A stretch of DNA of 55,534 bases, taken from IMG/VR virus record IMGVR_UViG_3300001242_001222, positions 1-55,534 of that record; one strand, 5' to 3'. This DNA is from a virus. Its lineage: Duplodnaviria > Caudoviricetes. The notes beneath the pieces are model-generated. The model was not told where the DNA came from, made no database searches, and saw only the letters and a list, made by a program, of their open reading frames with translations. Of this stretch, positions 9,421 to 18,509 are shown piece after piece (within the stretch, counting starts at the first letter, position 1; each line of letters begins with the position of its first letter). Made by a program: the position numbers and the translations under genes.

Positions 9421-9762
9421 ATGAAAACACAGAACAAAACAACGGGCATCAACGCCGACATAGCGCTTGGGAACATTAAGGATGTTTGCGCTCGTGGCGA
9501 TGGCAACAATATTACGTCGAAATATTTAATGACATATTTCAAGGTTTGTGACCTCCAACGCAACAATATTATTGTTGATAAATCCAGAATTACGAAGGTT
9601 GATGGAGGCGTTTGGTTTTGTTTTGGAAACAAAAGAATCAAGGCGTATGGCGGCGCACATATTCATGCATTTGAAAACTGTAAGGTTGTGCTTTATGCAG
9701 GCGCGCAATGCACTCCGCATTTACAATTAAAGGTTAATGCCGAAACACCTCAAAGCAAGTAG
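9421..9762 (+). CDS. Hypothetical protein, short paralogue-like version of the next gene
   Basis: NNIIVD...CFG..RIKAYG.AH resembles NNILIN...IFG..RVTVTG.AH. Confidence 0.55.
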   Translation: MKTQNKTTGINADIALGNIKDVCARGDGNNITSKYLMTYFKVCDLQRNNIIVDKSRITKVDGGVWFCFGNKRIKAYGGAHIHAFENCKVVLYAGAQCTPHLQLKVNAETPQSK

Positions 9763-9786
9763 GCAAAACGATTAACACTTACTACA

Positions 9787-10836
9787 ATGAAAACCGAGAT
9801 TATTAAAAGGACCATTGTCGAAGTTACCGGAGAAACCGTTTCCGACGTCATCGACAGCATTATTGAAAACCTCAAGTCAAACAAGGAGCTTCGCAACCGG
9901 ATCGGTGTGGATTTCTGGAAAGACAATTTTGAACCGGAGGAGTTGACGGAAAACAATATCCTGATCAACGGAGAGCATGAAATCACCTCCGGCTGTTATT
10001 CAATCTTCGGGACCGGCAGAGTCACCGTCACCGGAAAGGCTCATGTGAATGTATTTGGACGCGGCTACGGAGAGATCAAGGATGGAACGGCACAATTCTT
10101 CAACTATTCAAATGGCCGCGCTGAAACAACCAGCTCTGTCCGCGCATTTGATTACACACACATGCGTCTCCATCACAAGGCTGTTGGTGAATATCACGAC
10201 TTTGCTCAGGGTGAAACCTACGGAGATTCAGACGCAAGCGCTTACGACAACTCGTTTGTTCGTATCACCGGAAAGAGTGTTGGGATTGCAAAGGGGAAAG
10301 CCATCGTAATGCAGACCGGTAAAACAAAGTGTGTGTATTGTGACAATTCAATTGGTCGCCTTCACGGAGACGCCACCGCTGAAGCCTGGGGAAAGGCTCA
10401 CCTTGTTTTGAAAAATGAATCAACGGCAAAGCTGTTTGAAGATAGCGACTGCGATGCGCTGAACGACTCAACTGTTGTTGCAAGCGGCCGTTCGATGGTC
10501 GTTGCCAAGAATGCTGCCAGTGTAACAACCAAAGAAAACTCCGCCGCACAACTGCACGAAAGGGCTATTGGTAATGCCACGGGTAATTCAATTATGACGT
10601 TGCACGATACCTGTTATGCTGATGGATCTGAAAATGCAACCATCAAGATGTTTGAAAAAAGTCGCGCATCGGTGTCCGGTCAGGTTTCTGTTGAGATGAG
10701 TGGTGACAACATGCTTGATATTAATTCAGACGGCATTCAGTATCACGTCACTCGCGACGCAAATGGCATTGTCCGTAACAACGCCACGATGGAATTGGTT
10801 CTCCACGGTCACAAACTGCAGGTAATTGAGAAGTAA
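9787..10836 (+). CDS. Beta-solenoid repeat protein
   Basis: Long run of 8-residue repeats (e.g. ASAYDNSF, AEAWGKAH, VVASGRSM). Confidence 0.7.
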   Translation: MKTEIIKRTIVEVTGETVSDVIDSIIENLKSNKELRNRIGVDFWKDNFEPEELTENNILINGEHEITSGCYSIFGTGRVTVTGKAHVNVFGRGYGEIKDGTAQFFNYSNGRAETTSSVRAFDYTHMRLHHKAVGEYHDFAQGETYGDSDASAYDNSFVRITGKSVGIAKGKAIVMQTGKTKCVYCDNSIGRLHGDATAEAWGKAHLVLKNESTAKLFEDSDCDALNDSTVVASGRSMVVAKNAASVTTKENSAAQLHERAIGNATGNSIMTLHDTCYADGSENATIKMFEKSRASVSGQVSVEMSGDNMLDINSDGIQYHVTRDANGIVRNNATMELVLHGHKLQVIEK

Positions 10837-10839
10837 ATT

Positions 10840-12267
10840 ATGATAAGGGTTGAGGGTTATATGGGTCAACGGGTCAACGTCCAACTAAAGAGAGAGCTGT
10901 ATGAATTTCAGCACTCGGGGGCGCTTTGTATCAAAGATACGAAGCGCCTCATCGTTGGCGATCAGATGGGACTCGGAAAAACAGTTGAGTCCATCGCCGC
11001 CATCATGGAGGCAAAGGCGTTCCCGCTTCTTGTTATATGTCCGGCATCCTTAAAATTGAACTGGGAGCGAGAATTCGAAGCATGGACCGGCCACAAGCTG
11101 CTTGTCCTGAATAATGAGGTTAAAAATACCTTTCCCATGTTCTATGACGTTGGGCTTGTAAAGGGGTTTATCTGTAATTATGAGTCACTGAAAAAATACT
11201 TTGTGGACCACATTCCGAAAGGAAAGGATGTGAGACTTTCTGATATTTATTTCAATGAAAAAACCAATTTTATCAAGTCTGTAATTATTGATGAATTCCA
11301 TCGGTGTAAGGATCCTGGGGCGCTTCAAAGTAAACTCGTCAAGGGGATAGCAAGTGGGAAGGAATATATCGTCGGAATGACCGGTACTCCGGTTGTGAAT
11401 GAAACGCTTGACCTGATGCCTCAGCTATCGATAATTGAAAGGCTGCATGAGTTTGGAGGCGCCAGTGAATTCAAAGCAAAATACGAGAGTGCATCACAGG
11501 AGGATCTTACTGCGCTTCAGAATAAACTCCGGGACACTTGTTATTTCCGTAGAGAGCGAACAGAGGCTCTGGATCTGCCAGGCAAAACAAGGCAGGTTGT
11601 TTATCTGGATATTGACAACATGCAGGAATATAAGGATGCACTCACTGATCTGCGCACATATCTGAAGGAATATAAGGAATGCACGGATCGGGAAATTTCC
11701 ATCAAGATGCGGGGAGAGGTTATGGTCCGGATAGGAATTCTCAAGGAGATCACTGTCCGCGGGAAGCTGCAGGCAATAAAGGATTGGGCGAAGGATGTTA
11801 TTGCCAGTGAAAAATTGGTCCTCTACGGCCAACTTGATATTGTTGTCAAATACTTCATCCATGAATTCAAGGCGCTTCATATCATTGGTCAGGACAACTC
11901 CCATCAGAGACAGGCCGCTATTGATAAATTTCAGACGGATCCGGATGAGAAAATGATGGTTATTTCAAAGGCCGCCGCAGAGGGAGTAACCCTGACGGCC
12001 GCAAGCGTGATGGGAATTGTGGAACAATGGTGGAACCCAGCCATTATGGACCAGATTGAGGATCGATTGGATCGAATTGGCCAGACCAGAAAGGTGATGA
12101 TTGTGTATTTCCTTGGCAAAAACACAATTGATCAGTGGATATACAACCTGATTGAGAAAAAGAGAGAGATTTCGAACGCTGTTACCGGCGCGACAAACGA
12201 TATCGAAACCCAGATTATTGACGAACTTCTAAACATATTGTACAATGGCGAGAGCACGAATGATTAA
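10840..12267 (+). CDS. SNF2-family helicase
   Basis: DQMGLGKT, CPASL, DEFH, MTGTP, QIEDRLDRIGQ. Confidence 0.92.
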   Translation: MIRVEGYMGQRVNVQLKRELYEFQHSGALCIKDTKRLIVGDQMGLGKTVESIAAIMEAKAFPLLVICPASLKLNWEREFEAWTGHKLLVLNNEVKNTFPMFYDVGLVKGFICNYESLKKYFVDHIPKGKDVRLSDIYFNEKTNFIKSVIIDEFHRCKDPGALQSKLVKGIASGKEYIVGMTGTPVVNETLDLMPQLSIIERLHEFGGASEFKAKYESASQEDLTALQNKLRDTCYFRRERTEALDLPGKTRQVVYLDIDNMQEYKDALTDLRTYLKEYKECTDREISIKMRGEVMVRIGILKEITVRGKLQAIKDWAKDVIASEKLVLYGQLDIVVKYFIHEFKALHIIGQDNSHQRQAAIDKFQTDPDEKMMVISKAAAEGVTLTAASVMGIVEQWWNPAIMDQIEDRLDRIGQTRKVMIVYFLGKNTIDQWIYNLIEKKREISNAVTGATNDIETQIIDELLNILYNGESTND

Positions 12268-12934
12268 GCCTGAATTTTGGATCAGCGAGGATATTACCTC
12301 CTGCACCTTAGCGGCCCGACTTCTATTTGTCGGCCTGTGGAATTTCTGCGACGACAATGGCGTGCATCCACACGCTACAAAAACAATCAAAATGGAGATC
12401 TTTCCGGGAGACAATATGTCCTTCGAGGAGATAGAGACCTACATACAGGAGTTGGTGGACAACGACCTTGTTGTGATCTATAAGGCTCAGGGTAAAGAGT
12501 ATCTCAAGGTTAAGAACTGGGACAAGCACCAAAGAATTGACCGGCCGAAATGCCGTTACCCGAATATCGATAAGGCTGATATTGAAACACCGGAACAGGC
12601 GCCAGTAAAAAAGGTAGTGCCGGCAGAGACAAAAGATCCGATCAAGGAAGATGCTTGCGAAACCTATATTTCTTACATCAACAGTCGCTTGGGATGCAGA
12701 TTCCAGAAAACAAATAAGGTTATGGCTCAATTCAACGCGAGAATTAAGGATGGTTTTACCGGAGCGGATTTTGAAAAAGCATTTGAGAATGCAGTTGCCG
12801 ATGAATTCCATCGAAAAAATAACTTTAAATATCTGACTCCCGAATTCTTTACACGGCCAGACATATTGCAAAAATGGCTTAATGCGAAGATTGTTGTTCC
12901 CATGGAGGCCGCTGAGTTTGACGCAGAAAGATAG
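12245..12934 (+). CDS. Phage replication initiator (N-terminal winged helix, conserved phage C-terminal domain)
   Basis: MARARMIKPEFW...WDKHQRIDRP and YLTPEFFTR; adjacent to the helicase loader. Confidence 0.8.
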   Translation: MARARMIKPEFWISEDITSCTLAARLLFVGLWNFCDDNGVHPHATKTIKMEIFPGDNMSFEEIETYIQELVDNDLVVIYKAQGKEYLKVKNWDKHQRIDRPKCRYPNIDKADIETPEQAPVKKVVPAETKDPIKEDACETYISYINSRLGCRFQKTNKVMAQFNARIKDGFTGADFEKAFENAVADEFHRKNNFKYLTPEFFTRPDILQKWLNAKIVVPMEAAEFDAER

Positions 12935-12936
12935 CC

Positions 12937-13593
12937 ATGACAGAAAGCTTCAGTGATATTATGATGCGGGTAATGGATGCGGGGCCATCCGTTACAGCTT
13001 CCCAAACCGTAAAACTTCCGGTCGAGGAGGTTTTACAAAAGGCTATAAAGAGAGGTGTTGATCTATTGGCGAGACGTGGACGAAAGTTTGTCATCGACAG
13101 TGATAATGAAAAACTCTTTGAGTATCTGGCTCTGTATTTTGCGAGGGATGAAAGTTTTCCGGGAGATCTATACAAGGGAATTATGCTGAGAGGAGACTGT
13201 GGGGTTGGCAAGTCATTCCCGCTGACTTGTTTTTCGGGCATAACAAGCCCCGTATCGTATCAACCTGAGAAAATAGTAAGTTGTATCGACTTGCTTAATA
13301 TCTATCAAAACAAGGGACCGGAGGGACTTTCTCCGTATGAATTTGGAGTGATCGTACTGGATGAGCTCAGCGAAAAACACGATGCCAGTCACTATGGCAA
13401 TGTGCAGAATGTTATTCAGAACATGCTTGAACTCCGGTATAATTACTATGTCAGGACCGGGAAGGTTATGCATGTCACTACCAATTTAAAAAACTTGAAA
13501 AGCATTGACATGCACTATGGAGCGCGCGTGTATAGCCGCGTTCACGAAATGTTCAATATTAAAAACATCGAAGGTAAAGACAGGAGGTTATAA
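12937..13593 (+). CDS. DnaC/IstB-like P-loop ATPase (helicase loader)
   Basis: GDCGVGKS, LDEL, TTNL, YGARVYSRVHEM. Confidence 0.85.
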   Translation: MTESFSDIMMRVMDAGPSVTASQTVKLPVEEVLQKAIKRGVDLLARRGRKFVIDSDNEKLFEYLALYFARDESFPGDLYKGIMLRGDCGVGKSFPLTCFSGITSPVSYQPEKIVSCIDLLNIYQNKGPEGLSPYEFGVIVLDELSEKHDASHYGNVQNVIQNMLELRYNYYVRTGKVMHVTTNLKNLKSIDMHYGARVYSRVHEMFNIKNIEGKDRRL

Positions 13594-13931
13594 TGAATGC
13601 TACAATCATCGAAATTGTCGAGAAAAATGTATGTGATCGCTATGGTGTAAAGCCGGCAATGATTAAACAAAGGACCCGCATGAATGTTTATTTGATTCCC
13701 CGGCAGATAACGACCACGATCATCGACGAACTTGTAAAGGCCGACAGAACAAAGCTTATGAAGCGTTACGATCTTGATCGAACCTCGTTTTACAACAACC
13801 GAAGATCAGTGAATAACATGAGGGAAACCAACATTGCGTTCGCGGCAATTTACAATGAGCTTAAAAGAAGGTCCATTGTCGATATTAAGGCCAACGGCTT
13901 TTCAGATGTGTTGATTTCAGAAACGGCTTAG
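13593..13931 (+). CDS. DnaA C-terminal-like HTH protein
   Basis: VCDRYGV..IKQRTR...PRQI...DRTS pattern. Confidence 0.6.
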   Translation: MNATIIEIVEKNVCDRYGVKPAMIKQRTRMNVYLIPRQITTTIIDELVKADRTKLMKRYDLDRTSFYNNRRSVNNMRETNIAFAAIYNELKRRSIVDIKANGFSDVLISETA

Positions 13932-14646
13932 ATTTCACCAGACCGATTCCCGACTTTGCTTCCTCAGTTGCGGACATGAATATCGGCAGAATTGACATGG
14001 CGCCAGGTCTCAGTCTGTAAAATTCAACCAGTAGATTATTCATGTAATAATCCATGATGGACTGACGCACATCCTGGATGGATGGCCCCTGGCTTACCGG
14101 GGTTTTTATGTAATGAATAACCTTTCCTGTTGGAATAAAATTATCCGGGAGTCGTACAAGCTGCGTGTCTGGCAGCATTACTACTGCGATGTCGGCTGTT
14201 GCATAATAGTAATTTACCCCAATAAGATAAACGGTTCCTCCGGTTACTGCCGTTGGAATTGTAGCATCAATTATTCCATAAGGATCAGTATTATATTCAG
14301 ATGCTATACTAAGGTCCTTATTAACGGCAAACAGGATGTTATTGATATCCCGCATTGACTTCTTGACCCATGCCGGAAGCAGTGTTGTGTTTGTGTCATC
14401 AATACTGAATGCATCGAAATCCAATCCCTCTGGTGTCGGAATTCCCTTGCAGACAATCTCCGACATCTCCGTTGCTAACTGCAGCAGTGTTGATATAGGG
14501 AGGTCTATTCGCCACACTACATAATCGTAGTCGTCAACATCCTCAATGGCTGCGACCGTGCCAGCAACGAATTCGTCTTTCGGCATCGTATATTCGACGG
14601 CCTCGCCTACGAGCGCAAGCGGATATTCCGGATAGGGCCATTTCAT
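13885..14646 (-). CDS. Putative virion protein
   Basis: Last gene of the capsid operon; no recognised motif. Confidence 0.55.
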   Translation of the reverse strand: MKWPYPEYPLALVGEAVEYTMPKDEFVAGTVAAIEDVDDYDYVVWRIDLPISTLLQLATEMSEIVCKGIPTPEGLDFDAFSIDDTNTTLLPAWVKKSMRDINNILFAVNKDLSIASEYNTDPYGIIDATIPTAVTGGTVYLIGVNYYYATADIAVVMLPDTQLVRLPDNFIPTGKVIHYIKTPVSQGPSIQDVRQSIMDYYMNNLLVEFYRLRPGAMSILPIFMSATEEAKSGIGLVKSKPFLKSTHLKSRWP

Positions 14647-14879
14647 GGTTTTGGATTGAATTTGTCAATAAGAGCCTGAATAATCATCTTTAACCAATCA
14701 TCCTTCATGTTCATTATGATAATCCCAAGCAGGGTTATTCCAGTCAACCCCACCCAATCAATCTGAGCGACGCCAATAAACCAATAGGCGTAATGCGCAA
14801 CACAGATTATTGCAATGCCGATCAGGGTTGTGACCCAATTTTTCAACCGGTCGAATATTTTATTTGTGATTTTTTTCAT
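14643..14879 (-). CDS. Holin-like two-TM protein
   Basis: KNWVTTLIGI, two hydrophobic helices, 78 aa. Confidence 0.6.
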   Translation of the reverse strand: MKKITNKIFDRLKNWVTTLIGIAIICVAHYAYWFIGVAQIDWVGLTGITLLGIIIMNMKDDWLKMIIQALIDKFNPKP

Positions 14880-15183
14880 GGGCGGCGTGTATATTTATAA
14901 AGTCTGATTCCAGTCTAACAAGGCGGTGATCGTGTTTATTAACCTCACTGTCCAACCTGTCAATCCTGCCTTTATGATTGTCACTCTCATTCAAAATAAC
15001 ATCCATTGTGGTGTTTAGCTTTCCGATAGTGACATTAATGTTCGACATTGTGTCGGCCTGCCGTTGCTGGACCATATCATTCCGGTCGTTTCTCTTATCC
15101 TGCCGGCCAATATATCGAACGAAAAAAAATCCACAGATTGAAAGCAATATTGTCGTGATGATGTTGAAAGCGAGTGCATCCAT
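14860..15183 (-). CDS. Single-TM coiled-coil protein (holin/antiholin-like)
   Basis: N-terminal TM then coiled coil ending RLVRLE. Confidence 0.55.
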   Translation of the reverse strand: MDALAFNIITTILLSICGFFFVRYIGRQDKRNDRNDMVQQRQADTMSNINVTIGKLNTTMDVILNESDNHKGRIDRLDSEVNKHDHRLVRLESDFINIHAAHEKNHK

Positions 15184-15184
15184 A

Positions 15185-15805
15185 TTAAACTACATTTTCA
15201 AGTTGAAGCTTTTGTGCGTACTTTTCGAAACAAATTTTTTCAGAGTTGGCGTCTCCGAGTGCTGCAAATGTGCGCGAAGCGATGAGCCACGCAGCAACCC
15301 AATAGTTATGGTCAAGATATTTATCAACACCCATATTGTTTTGCACGTAGTAAAACGATCCCGTAGAGGTGGCGGTAAACGGATAGAAGTGGAAGGCCAG
15401 CCCGTCGGCATCGTTTTTCACAAGAACTGCGAGCGGCTTTTTTACAGTAGGTTTTGAATACTTTGAATACAGCTGATTGAACTCAGGGCCATGTTCATCG
15501 AACGCCTTTACACACGGCACCGGCCATGCATTAAATTCTGCTCTTGCGAAGCGCAGGTATTCCTTGCCAAGGCTACACTCCATCCTGCCCTTTGCAGCAT
15601 TATAGGTAAGTGATGTTACCTTTGTAAGTGGCAATCTATGAATGGGTGATGCAAGGCAGTATTCGCGCATACACGCATCAATGTTGTTGTCGATCATTGT
15701 ATAGACCGGCAAAGGTGGAGTGGTAACCCCCTGGACAGTCTCGTCAAAGGGGGTTACTTCATCCATGCATTTCTTGATGTATGTTATGAAATCTGCTCTG
15801 GTCAT
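15185..15805 (-). CDS. Putative head-tail adaptor
   Basis: Helix-beta-helix layout, about 200 aa, in the capsid operon. Confidence 0.5.
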   Translation of the reverse strand: MTRADFITYIKKCMDEVTPFDETVQGVTTPPLPVYTMIDNNIDACMREYCLASPIHRLPLTKVTSLTYNAAKGRMECSLGKEYLRFARAEFNAWPVPCVKAFDEHGPEFNQLYSKYSKPTVKKPLAVLVKNDADGLAFHFYPFTATSTGSFYYVQNNMGVDKYLDHNYWVAAWLIASRTFAALGDANSEKICFEKYAQKLQLENVV

Positions 15806-15822
15806 GGCTTAGGGGCTATTGT

Positions 15823-16851
15823 TTAGTAATAAACTACGACTTCCAGAATTTTACCATTCAATCCGCCGGGCGTAAAAGTGATTTCATCCGCAGAAACTAT
15901 CGTGTGGGCGTGATCCCTTACAATTGTTTTTCCCGATGTAAACGCGCCAACCAGTGTCAGCGTGGTTTTATCAGTGGCGGTGTCAATTCCCCAAACGGGA
16001 GGTGCGCTAAGAGTATTATTGATAATGGTTGCGACTGGTATAGAATCAGTCACATTAAACACTTCGGTCGAATTTGTCCATACTGTTGGGGTTGTGTCGG
16101 TTGCAACAAATGGAACTCCCGCTGAGACGTATCCAACATTTGCAAAGTCGTCACCCGCCACAAGTGAGTCAATCTGATATGTTTTACCAACAACAATAAC
16201 ACCAGAGGTTGTGCTAATTAACGCAGTGTCGACAATTGAAGCGACATAAGCGACAAAAGGCCTCGCCTCTGTTTTCGCAGTATTAATAGCGTTGTAGATG
16301 TGATTAATGTCGTAGAGAGATGTGGACACCCAATTACCATTAGTGTTGCATGAGAACATTACAACTGTTCCGGAGGCAACTGTAATGGGAATGTTGGCAC
16401 CGGCAGCATCGATCTGCTCACCAACAGCCGGGTAAATCTGCGGCGTGTCTGCCACGACCTCTGAGACGGCAACAATCATATAGCTCCCGGCAAGTGCTGC
16501 AGGCAAAATACAACTGTCTCCGGAGGCAGCGCAAACTCCAATGGAATTAAACAATCCTGGCAGTGGTGTTGCTCCAACTTGTCCACCTCCAGAGAGAGCA
16601 GTCACACCATATGAGCCAGAGGCAAATTGAATTAGTTTTGAAAATGAGTTTTGGCCTGCAAACGCATTGGTCGCATTCAATATGGCTTCGGCAATATTGG
16701 TGTCATCAATGGTGATAACAGTGCCAGCGTCGGTTTTATACTTAAATTTCCCGTCTGTATCGACGAAAAGCATGACAGTACCACCGCGTGGGGTTTCAAC
16801 GGATGCTGCTGCAACCGGGTAGAATTTGATTTTTTTTGTCCAGAAAGGCAT
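15823..16851 (-). CDS. Putative fibre/decoration protein
   Basis: G/A/T/V-rich beta sequence; N-terminal domain shared with 16875-17828. Confidence 0.55.
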   Translation of the reverse strand: MPFWTKKIKFYPVAAASVETPRGGTVMLFVDTDGKFKYKTDAGTVITIDDTNIAEAILNATNAFAGQNSFSKLIQFASGSYGVTALSGGGQVGATPLPGLFNSIGVCAASGDSCILPAALAGSYMIVAVSEVVADTPQIYPAVGEQIDAAGANIPITVASGTVVMFSCNTNGNWVSTSLYDINHIYNAINTAKTEARPFVAYVASIVDTALISTTSGVIVVGKTYQIDSLVAGDDFANVGYVSAGVPFVATDTTPTVWTNSTEVFNVTDSIPVATIINNTLSAPPVWGIDTATDKTTLTLVGAFTSGKTIVRDHAHTIVSADEITFTPGGLNGKILEVVVYY

Positions 16852-16874
16852 ATTTTTTGGTTTTTTGGTTTTTG

Positions 16875-17828
16875 TTAGTTTACTGGAATTGGCCTACCGG
16901 GATCATCCATTGCTGGGGGCGGGACATAATCAGTATTACCGCCTTCCGCAACAACACTAGACTCGCTTTCGCCTAATTTTTCAATGAATACAGAAACCCT
17001 GTCTCCAATCTGAAATTCATTAGAAGAAATCACGGCCGTGTTTAAATCGCTTTGATTAAGTGATGGAGCTTTTGAATCAATGTCGTAAATTTCTGTTCTT
17101 AAAAACCATGAATTAAACATGTGATTGACCTCAATGTTATTCAGATAAATTGTGTATTGAGCATCAGCGTCATATTCGGTCAATAGAGCTGTATCATCAA
17201 GGTCGACAACATTCTCATCACTAACTATTGATTCAGCATTAAAAGCATAAACCACAGTCGCAGCATCGCCAGTTTTTGTGATTTGCAATTTGTCTCCTCG
17301 AGCAAGCCCTGTTGCGCTTTCAGTTTTTGGATTAAAGCAAGCAGTATTCAGCTTACAAGTTCCAGCTGTTGTGCCTCCAGTCATTACTGCGTCAACAACA
17401 ATGGTAGTTGTAAAATTGGGAGCAACCCCGGCGCAATTCACGGATATGATTTCGTATGTGCCATCATCACCACTATTTGTACCGGCGAGAGTAGCGTGAG
17501 TGTATAGTGTTTCACTTACTTCGGTTGTACTCAAAAATGTAATTGTATCGGTTGTTTGAGTTACAATGCTCTTTGTAATACCAGTGCTGAATGCACTCGC
17601 CCACCCTATAACGTCGGCAACCTTTGTTGCTGCAGAAATCCCAACAGTTCTAACAGCATGGTAATAACGATTTTGAGTATCTTCAATTAAAACAACGGTA
17701 CGTCCATCAGGTTTTTTCGCCTTGACTACGCCATCGGCGTCAATAAATACATAGTAGTAGTCTCCGCGTGGCGTGGCAACCGAATCATTGGCTCTCGCCT
17801 TGAATTTAATGATATCAACTTTTTCCAT
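16875..17828 (-). CDS. Putative fibre/decoration protein
   Basis: T/A-rich; shared IKF..SVxTPRG..FxDxDG N-terminus. Confidence 0.55.
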   Translation of the reverse strand: MEKVDIIKFKARANDSVATPRGDYYYVFIDADGVVKAKKPDGRTVVLIEDTQNRYYHAVRTVGISAATKVADVIGWASAFSTGITKSIVTQTTDTITFLSTTEVSETLYTHATLAGTNSGDDGTYEIISVNCAGVAPNFTTTIVVDAVMTGGTTAGTCKLNTACFNPKTESATGLARGDKLQITKTGDAATVVYAFNAESIVSDENVVDLDDTALLTEYDADAQYTIYLNNIEVNHMFNSWFLRTEIYDIDSKAPSLNQSDLNTAVISSNEFQIGDRVSVFIEKLGESESSVVAEGGNTDYVPPPAMDDPGRPIPVN

Positions 17829-17831
17829 GGT

Positions 17832-18431
17832 TTATATCCAGTTTGGGAAAGTGATTTTATGAGCAATGGCAACAGCAAGCACATCTTCTTTTTTCTTACC
17901 AACATTACTCATATCAATGCCTTTACCGGCAAGATATATGGATGCCTTTTGTGTCGATGTTACCGCAAGAAGTTCCTCGTCGATTTCTTCAGTCGCAACT
18001 TCCTCGGTTGGTGTTTCAGTTACTACCGTTTCCTCGGCAGGATCACCCTCGGAAATAACTTCCTCGGTTGAAGCATCGGCTTCATTGACGGCATCGGATT
18101 CCGTTATTATTTCTATTATTTCCTCGTCTGAGGTTTCAGCTTCATTAGCGGAGTCGCTATCTGTAATAACTTCCTCGGTCTGGGTTTCGGTTTCTGAATC
18201 GCCTTCATTGGTGGTAATGCTTGTAGCCACCGCAACAACAGCCGACAATAACCAGATTACCCCACTTATAAACCATGGATGTGTTTCAATTTCCTTCTGT
18301 TCATCAACATCCGCAGTAATAAAATAATAATTACTGTCTTTGCTCGGGCGATAAAATGACAAGCTTTTACCATCGCAAACAAGAGTCACATTATCCATCG
18401 ACGCGTACTCTTTCGTTATTTTGTTTTTCAT
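17832..18431 (-). CDS. Acidic low-complexity protein downstream of the capsid gene
   Basis: E/T-rich linker, short C-terminal domain ending ITFPNWI. Confidence 0.6.
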   Translation of the reverse strand: MKNKITKEYASMDNVTLVCDGKSLSFYRPSKDSNYYFITADVDEQKEIETHPWFISGVIWLLSAVVAVATSITTNEGDSETETQTEEVITDSDSANEAETSDEEIIEIITESDAVNEADASTEEVISEGDPAEETVVTETPTEEVATEEIDEELLAVTSTQKASIYLAGKGIDMSNVGKKKEDVLAVAIAHKITFPNWI

Positions 18432-18456
18432 TTGGGATTTCTTTGGTGATTTTTAC

Positions 18457-18495
18457 AAAAAAAGGAGTGGGGCCAGGCCCACCCCTTTTATTTTG
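18457..18495 (-). terminator. Intrinsic terminator after the major capsid gene
   Basis: AAAAGGAGTGGG-gccagg-CCCACCCCTTTT hairpin with flanking A/T runs. Confidence 0.7.
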
Positions 18496-18509
18496 ATTGG
18501 AAGCAAAAA

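Noticed and set aside
15823-17828. Diversity-generating retroelement or invertible fibre locus
   Set aside because: No reverse transcriptase, template/variable repeat pair or invertase seen in the window.
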